From an uncultured Verrucomicrobiota bacterium (GTDB lineage: Bacteria > Verrucomicrobiota > Kiritimatiellia > CAIKKV01 > CAITUY01): DNA of 41,148 bases. The position numbers and the translations under genes were made by a program. Position 1 is the stretch's first letter, and every line of letters starts with the position of its first letter. Under the pieces are notes generated by a model. The model did no database searches. It saw nothing but the letters and a program-made list of their open reading frames with translations, and had not been told where the DNA came from. The stretch lies in assembly GCA_964458765.1 (NCBI GenBank), contig CAYWKN010000004.1:1-41148 (forward strand), in the 5' to 3' direction. Shown in pieces: positions 36,002 through 41,148 of the stretch.

Positions 36002-36841
36002 CTACGGAGTTTCCGCGTCGGCATCCTTGACGGCTTTCAGCTGATCCCCCAGGGCGGAGCCGAGGGGATCCACACGTTTGCCTTCGAGGATCCTGGTGAC
36101 GATGGCCTTGGTGTCGCTGGCGAAATCGCCCTTGAGCATCCACTTGAGGAAACCGGGGTCTGCCCGGGCCAGGACACTGAGCTTTTCGCCCTTCTTCCGT
36201 CCGAAGTTAATGGCGATTTCGCCGTCCACCCAGCGCAGTTTGCCGTCGCGGTCCACCCAGCTCGGGTCGCGCAGGTCGCAGTAACGGGCCAGTTCATCCA
36301 TGGTGGCGGGCAGGTCCTTGTAGCGTTCCAGCTGCCCCTCGAGGACGCGGAGGGTGGCGAGGGCGTCGGCCTCGGCACGGTGGCCGTCCAGGAACAATTC
36401 ATCGCAGTAGAAGGCGAGGGCGGCCTTGAGGTCGCGAGGTTCCTTCTTGTGGAAGATCCGCTGGGCATCCACGACGCGGCGCGTGGAAACATCAAAGTTG
36501 ATGCTTGCACGAAGGAACTCCTCGATCAGCATGGGCAGGTCGAAGCGGATCACGTTGTAGCCGGCGAGGTCGCACCCCTCGAGCAGGCGGTAGATGTCCG
36601 CGGCCAGATCCTTGAACGTCGGCTTGCCTTGGACGTCGTCCGGCTTGATGCCATGGATGGCGGTGGACTCCGGCGGAATCGGAATGCCCGGATTCACGAG
36701 GAACGACCGGACTTCCCGTTCGCCCTTCGGCGGGACAAGCTTGATCACCGACAGCTCGATGATCCGGTCGGTGCGGGGATTGATGCCTGTGGCTTCGATG
36801 TCGAAGATGGCGAGGGGTCGTTCCAAGTTCCATTTATACAT
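36002..36841 (-). CDS. DEDDh 3'-5' exonuclease (DnaQ-like)
   Basis: Motifs FDIEATG, IHGI, AGYNV.RFD and H.AEAD, plus a C-terminal NFGRKKG...Y/FL.WM module. Confidence 0.88.
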   Translation of the reverse strand: MYKWNLERPLAIFDIEATGINPRTDRIIELSVIKLVPPKGEREVRSFLVNPGIPIPPESTAIHGIKPDDVQGKPTFKDLAADIYRLLEGCDLAGYNVIRFDLPMLIEEFLRASINFDVSTRRVVDAQRIFHKKEPRDLKAALAFYCDELFLDGHRAEADALATLRVLEGQLERYKDLPATMDELARYCDLRDPSWVDRDGKLRWVDGEIAINFGRKKGEKLSVLARADPGFLKWMLKGDFASDTKAIVTRILEGKRVDPLGSALGDQLKAVKDADAETP

Positions 36842-36864
36842 GTTCGGCTCCGCGATTGGCGTGC

Positions 36865-36893
36865 ACCATAGCGAACCGGATGGGGAAATGCAA
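36865..36893 (-). promoter_or_regulatory. Sigma70 promoter for the exonuclease gene
   Basis: Minus strand TTGCAT-N17-TATGGT, followed by a GGAG RBS. Confidence 0.55.
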
Positions 36894-36930
36894 CGGAAGC
36901 CTTCGGCTCCGGATAGAACCGTGCGGGTCC

Positions 36931-36959
36931 TTGACACGTCTGGTGGCGCGGACTATGGT
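36931..36959 (+). promoter_or_regulatory. Sigma70 promoter for argC
   Basis: TTGACA-N17-TATGGT, then AAGGAG and GTG 36991. Confidence 0.65.
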
Positions 36960-36990
36960 ACGCGGTATTTCCAGCACGAAGGAGCCATCA

Positions 36991-38049
36991 GTGATTCGAG
37001 CGAAAGTTATCGGGGCCGGTGGGTACGGCGGCGTGGGCATTATTGAACTTCTGGCGGCGCATCCGGAGGCAAAGATCGCCTGCCTGGTGGATATGGTGGA
37101 TGTGGGCGCCCCCATCAGCAAGGTGTATCCGCACCTTACGGGATTCTGCGACATGCCGATCCTGGACCCGGCGGACCCGGCGGCGCAACAGCCGGCGGAT
37201 GTCGTTTTCACCGCCACACCCGACGGGGTGGGCATGAAGCTGGCGGACGGCATCCTGGCAGGCGGCGCGAAACTGATTGATTACAGCGGTGATTTCCGGT
37301 TCAACACGGCGGACAGCTACGCCGAATACGCGCGCCGGATCGGGCGGGAGCCGGAGCATGCTTCGCCCAAACTGCTGCCGGAGGGCGTATACGGCCTGGC
37401 GGAACTGCACCGGGATCAAATCCATGCGAAACGCAAGATTGTCGGGAACCCCGGCTGTTTCGCCGTGAGTTGCATCCTTGGCCTGTCGCCGGCCGCCAGG
37501 CACGGGCTGGTGGAACCGTTCAGCGTGATCTGCGACTGCAAGACCGGTGTCTCGGGAGCGGGAAAGAAACCGAATGCCACGTTCCATTATCCGTCACGCT
37601 ATGACCACATGAACGCCTACAAGCTGGCGGGACACCAGCACGTTTGCGAGATCGAGCGCGAACTGAGCCTGCAGGCCGGGCGCGAGGTGCGGGTGACCTT
37701 TACGGCCCAGGTCGTGCCGGTCTGCCGCGGCATTCTCTCCAGCCTGTACGGACAATTGACCGGCGAACAGAAGGCGGAGGACGTGATCGCGCTGTACCGG
37801 GAGTTCTACAAGGACAGCCCGTTTGTGCGCATTTTCGACCGTAACGCGGCGATCGGCTCCATGCACGTGCGCGGAACGAACTTCTGCAATCTCATCGTGG
37901 ACGTGGATGCCCGCACGCGGAAGCTGCGGGTGATCTCCCACATTGACAACCTGATGAAGGGGCAGGCGGGTTCGGCGCTGCAGAACATGAACCTGATGTT
38001 CGGCCTTCCGGAAACGACAGGACTGCTGCGGGCCGGCATGTATCCATAA
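36991..38049 (+). CDS. argC: N-acetyl-gamma-glutamyl-phosphate reductase
   Basis: Motifs GAGGYGG, IDYSGDFR, YGLAEL, NPGC, GVSGAGK, HQH..EI and IDNLMKGQAG.A.QNMN. Confidence 0.93.
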   Translation: MIRAKVIGAGGYGGVGIIELLAAHPEAKIACLVDMVDVGAPISKVYPHLTGFCDMPILDPADPAAQQPADVVFTATPDGVGMKLADGILAGGAKLIDYSGDFRFNTADSYAEYARRIGREPEHASPKLLPEGVYGLAELHRDQIHAKRKIVGNPGCFAVSCILGLSPAARHGLVEPFSVICDCKTGVSGAGKKPNATFHYPSRYDHMNAYKLAGHQHVCEIERELSLQAGREVRVTFTAQVVPVCRGILSSLYGQLTGEQKAEDVIALYREFYKDSPFVRIFDRNAAIGSMHVRGTNFCNLIVDVDARTRKLRVISHIDNLMKGQAGSALQNMNLMFGLPETTGLLRAGMYP

Positions 38050-38127
38050 CCGGAACGGGGCCGCGCGGGCCCCGAAGAGCAATTTCGCACGAGAGAATGG
38101 AACGACAACAAAGGAAACGGTGCAAAT

Positions 38128-38598
38128 ATGGAAGACATCAAGACAATCATCACGGAAGACGTTGAAATCAGCGGTTCGATCAAGTGCACGGGCGGGATCC
38201 GGCTGGGCGGGAAGGTGAGCGGCGACATCACGACGGCAGGCGACGTGCTCGTGGAAAAGACCGCCGCGGTCAAGGGCAATGTGGCGGCCAACTCGATCAC
38301 GGTGCTGGGAATGATCAAGGGCAACATAGCGGCTCGCGAACGGCTGGAACTCAAGGGCGCCGCCAAGGTGTCCGGCGACATCAAGGCCAAGAGACTGGTT
38401 GTGGAAGAAGGCGTGAGCCTGGTCGGCAAGGCCGAGATTGTGGCGGGCGAAGGCGCGGCCGGCGAGATCGGGCAGGATGCGGAACCGGCGTCCGGCGACG
38501 AAGCCAAGCCGGCCGACGAGGAGCCGCGCGGCATTCCGGGAAGCCGGGGTCCGATCGATCCCCGCACGAGACCCGGCCAGTTGTTCGCCCGCAAGTAG
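38128..38598 (+). CDS. Bactofilin (polymer-forming cytoskeletal protein)
   Basis: TII...EISG.I....IRL.G.V.GDI....V.GNV.A..I.V.G.I.GNI.A.ERLEL...A.V.GDI....L.VEEG beta-helix pattern, with a disordered C-terminal tail. Confidence 0.9.
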   Translation: MEDIKTIITEDVEISGSIKCTGGIRLGGKVSGDITTAGDVLVEKTAAVKGNVAANSITVLGMIKGNIAARERLELKGAAKVSGDIKAKRLVVEEGVSLVGKAEIVAGEGAAGEIGQDAEPASGDEAKPADEEPRGIPGSRGPIDPRTRPGQLFARK

Positions 38599-38642
38599 GG
38601 CAACCGCCGAAGGCGTGAGCATTGGAAGTGGAGGGCAGGCAG

Positions 38643-39545
38643 ATGGCGACAAAGCATGGACTGGGCCGGGGACTGAACGCTTTGATACGTGACACGCCGG
38701 CGCAAGCGTCTGCCGCTCCGGCTCCGGTCCAGCCGGCCTATCCGCTGGTGGAGGTGACGGCCATACGCCAGAGTCCCCTCCAGCCGCGGCGGGTGTTTGC
38801 CAAGGAATCCCTTGATGAGTTGACGGCATCCATCCGGACGTACGGCGTACTGGAGCCCCTGCTGGTCCGTCCCGTGGCTGATGGCTACGAACTGATTGCC
38901 GGCGAACGGCGATGGCGCGCGGCCCAGCAGGCGGGTCTCGCCAAAGTCCCCGTGGTGATCAAGGAGGCGAACGATCATGAGGCCCTGGAGTTGGCGCTGA
39001 TCGAGAACCTCCAGCGAAGCGACCTGAACGCCATCGAGGAGGCCGAGGGGTATCAGGTTCTGGCGGACAGGTTCAGCCTGACCCAGGACGAGATTGCGCA
39101 GCGGGTGAACAAGGCCCGCGCCTCGGTGGCCAATGCCCTGCGGTTGCTGGGTCTTCCGCTGGAAGTGCGGAAATTCGTTGCAGAGGGGCTGGTATCCCCG
39201 GGGCACGCCAAAGTGCTTCTGGGTATGCCCATCGAGGCCGAACAGAGCAAACTGGCGGAGCGGGTCGTCAAGGACGGGATTTCCGTGCGCGAACTGGAAC
39301 GGATCGTGGAATTCGCACGGCGGATTCCGCGCAAACGCAGGGAGAGCAAGGACGACATCCCTGTGATCCACCTGAAGGATCTTACGGACCGGCTGCACCA
39401 GCATCTGGGCACGAGCGTTCACGTGCAGGGATGCCGGACGCTGGCCAACGGACGCAAGGTGAAAGGTTCGATCCAGATTGATTTCTATTCCAACGAGGAT
39501 CTGGACCGGATCCTGGATGTGATGGGTCTTGCCGAGAAACCCTGA
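38643..39545 (+). CDS. parB: ParB/Spo0J chromosome partition protein
   Basis: N-terminal GLGRGLNALI (ParA-interacting peptide), QPRR.F, GERRWRA, ENLQRSDL..IEEA, HTH and a C-terminal dimerisation region. Confidence 0.93.
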   Translation: MATKHGLGRGLNALIRDTPAQASAAPAPVQPAYPLVEVTAIRQSPLQPRRVFAKESLDELTASIRTYGVLEPLLVRPVADGYELIAGERRWRAAQQAGLAKVPVVIKEANDHEALELALIENLQRSDLNAIEEAEGYQVLADRFSLTQDEIAQRVNKARASVANALRLLGLPLEVRKFVAEGLVSPGHAKVLLGMPIEAEQSKLAERVVKDGISVRELERIVEFARRIPRKRRESKDDIPVIHLKDLTDRLHQHLGTSVHVQGCRTLANGRKVKGSIQIDFYSNEDLDRILDVMGLAEKP

Positions 39546-39547
39546 CG

Positions 39548-40468
39548 ATGCGCTGGGTGATCTTCGTTCTGGCGGCGATTCTGGCTGGCGGTTGCCGGCG
39601 GCAGGACCCGGCGGTCGAAGCGCAGGTTGCCCCGATCCCTTTCAGCGGTGCGGAGGCATTCGCCGAGTGCGAGGCTTTCGTCAAACTGGGGCCCAAACCG
39701 GCGGGGTCTGAGGGCTCACGACTCGCGGCGGAATATCTCCGGAACCGGCTGCAGGAAATCGGCGTCGAAAGCACGGTAACGGAATTCGAGGACGCAGCGC
39801 CAGGCGGCAAGGCTGTATTCCGGAACGTAACGGGGCGCCTGCCGGGCAACCCGGGGCGGATAGTCATTCTTGCCGCGCATTACGACACCAAGACCGGCAT
39901 CAGCGAAAGCTTTGTTGGTGCGAACGATTCCGGATCCGGTGTGGGGTTGCTGCTGGGCTTGGCCAAGGCGTTGAAGAACGGGCGGCCCGCCGGTTTCCCC
40001 GAGGTGCGCTTCGTGTTCTTTGACGGTGAGGAATGCCGGCGGGCGTATGGTCCGTCGGATGGTCTTCACGGGAGCAGGCGGATGGCGCGGGACCTCCGGG
40101 CGAGCGGGGAGTGGCGCAGGGTTCGGGCTGTTATCCTGCTCGACATGGTGGGGGACCGTCATTTGAACGTGACCATTCCACGCAACGGCACTCCGGACCT
40201 GATCCGGCGGGTGCTGGAGGCGGCACGGATGGAGGGTGTGCGTGGCGAGTTCGGGTTGAATTCCGGGCAGATCCTGGACGATCACCAGCCGTTTCTGGAC
40301 GCCGGCATGCCAGCGGTGGATCTGATTGATTTCGAGTATGGTCCCGTGCGGGGCAGTCATGAGTATTGGCACACGGATGCGGACACATTGGACAAACTCG
40401 ATCCCTTGAGCCTGGAGAAGGTTGGGCGCGTTGTCCTTCGCGTGCTACGGGGCCTGGGGAATGGCTGA
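39548..40468 (+). CDS. M28-family peptidase / glutaminyl-cyclase-like lipoprotein
   Basis: Lipobox LAGG-C; motifs AHYDTK, GANDSGSG, FDGEE, LLDMVG, DDHQPF and WHT..DT. Confidence 0.85.
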   Translation: MRWVIFVLAAILAGGCRRQDPAVEAQVAPIPFSGAEAFAECEAFVKLGPKPAGSEGSRLAAEYLRNRLQEIGVESTVTEFEDAAPGGKAVFRNVTGRLPGNPGRIVILAAHYDTKTGISESFVGANDSGSGVGLLLGLAKALKNGRPAGFPEVRFVFFDGEECRRAYGPSDGLHGSRRMARDLRASGEWRRVRAVILLDMVGDRHLNVTIPRNGTPDLIRRVLEAARMEGVRGEFGLNSGQILDDHQPFLDAGMPAVDLIDFEYGPVRGSHEYWHTDADTLDKLDPLSLEKVGRVVLRVLRGLGNG

Positions 40469-40760
40469 GCCCCAAGGAAAACCCACGTATGACCGGATGG
40501 GGCGGCAGATTGAAACGATCCGGCCTGACGGCGGCGCGGCGACGAACGAATATGATGCGTGGGGGCGGCTGACTGGGCGGCTTGGGGCCGGTTCCGTGCC
40601 GGCGCGCTACGCCTATGATGCCGCGGGCCGCATGACGAATCTGGTGGATGGCGAGGGGAACCGGACGCTGTTCGCGTATGACGCGCTGGGCCGGCTGGTG
40701 AAGAAGACGTACGCGGATGGGACGTTTTACGCCTATGCCTATAATGCGCGGGGCTGGCTG
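40461..40760 (+). pseudogene. Rhs/YD-repeat fragment truncated by an IS
   Basis: Repeats YDRMGRQ, YDAWGRL, YDAAGRM, YDALGRL and YNARGWL. The YD pattern stops at CCCGAATCC (40761). Confidence 0.75.
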
Positions 40761-41148
40761 CCCGAATCCTTAGCGAAGCTGGGAAAAGATCGCCTGAGGG
40801 TTAGAAAACCGCTTGACAACAATAACCCGTAAGGTTATACATGGCGGCATGAAAGCACACTACCGGAAACGCAAGACACGCTACGCGTTCGAACTGACAG
40901 GCAAAGGGCGGACCACCGCGCACGGAGGGCAGATTCTCGTGGACGCCCTGTGCCGCCGTTTCCGGTTGTGGGAACGGATTGCGCGGGTTGAAGGGATCGA
41001 TCCGCGCAAGCGCAAGACATCGGGGCACGATCCCGAGGCGATGGCGGCGCAGATTGTTTTCATGCTGACCAGCGGGGGATCGACGCTGGCCGAACCGCCT
41101 CAAAGGCGCGTGTGAGCAGCGCTTCAGCGAAGTTCTTGCGGACCTGGA
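40761..41148 (+). mobile_element. IS1380-like insertion sequence, left end (runs off the window)
   Basis: The sequence switches abruptly at CCCGAATCCTTAGCG. An internal TTGACA-N17-TATACA promoter follows, then a transposase-like ORF from ATG 40849. Confidence 0.6.
40849..41148 (+). pseudogene. IS1380-like transposase with internal deletion or frameshift
   Basis: The N-terminus has T.HGG..L...L......IDPR......AQIV.ML.SGG..L, then stops at 41115. The +1 frame from 41093 reads NRLKGACEQRFSEVLADL, resembling the helix around the catalytic Glu. Confidence 0.55.

Noticed and set aside
38056-38074. GC hairpin after argC as a terminator
   Set aside because: Short stem with no U-tract, which could be chance at this GC content.
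1-41148. CRISPR array, rRNA or prophage
   Set aside because: No spaced direct repeats, rRNA-like sequence or phage structural genes were seen.

Overview
A high-GC bacterial chromosomal window made mostly of housekeeping genes. The gene content suggests a diderm, possibly PVC-type, bacterium; this is an inference and no search was run. From left to right: a 5'-truncated beta-repeat protein; argF-pyrB; an exported aromatic-repeat protein coupled to mlaEFD, where MlaD is elongated; a minus-strand block of REC/degenerate-GGDEF protein, NifA-like sigma54 activator, murG, pyrK, pyrD and a hypothetical; an MFS-HEAT fusion; a DUF3108-like gene; a small XRE regulator; hom-lysC-cimA-valS; a PolX N-terminus-only gene; tRNA-Leu(CAA); a minus-strand run of GrpE-like, lidless Hsp70, glgB, YggU-like and type IV pilin genes behind a near-consensus sigma54 promoter; tRNA-Ala(CGC)-rlmB-dinB; an alanine/glycine:cation symporter broken by one in-frame TAG; a DEDDh exonuclease; argC-bactofilin-parB-M28 peptidase; and an Rhs/YD fragment cut by an internally deleted IS1380-like element at the right edge. 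The best candidates for new biology are the sigma54-driven GrpE-like/Hsp70/GlgB unit, the MCE system with an unknown repeat partner, and the bactofilin-ParB pairing without parA. All family calls come from motifs recognised by eye.
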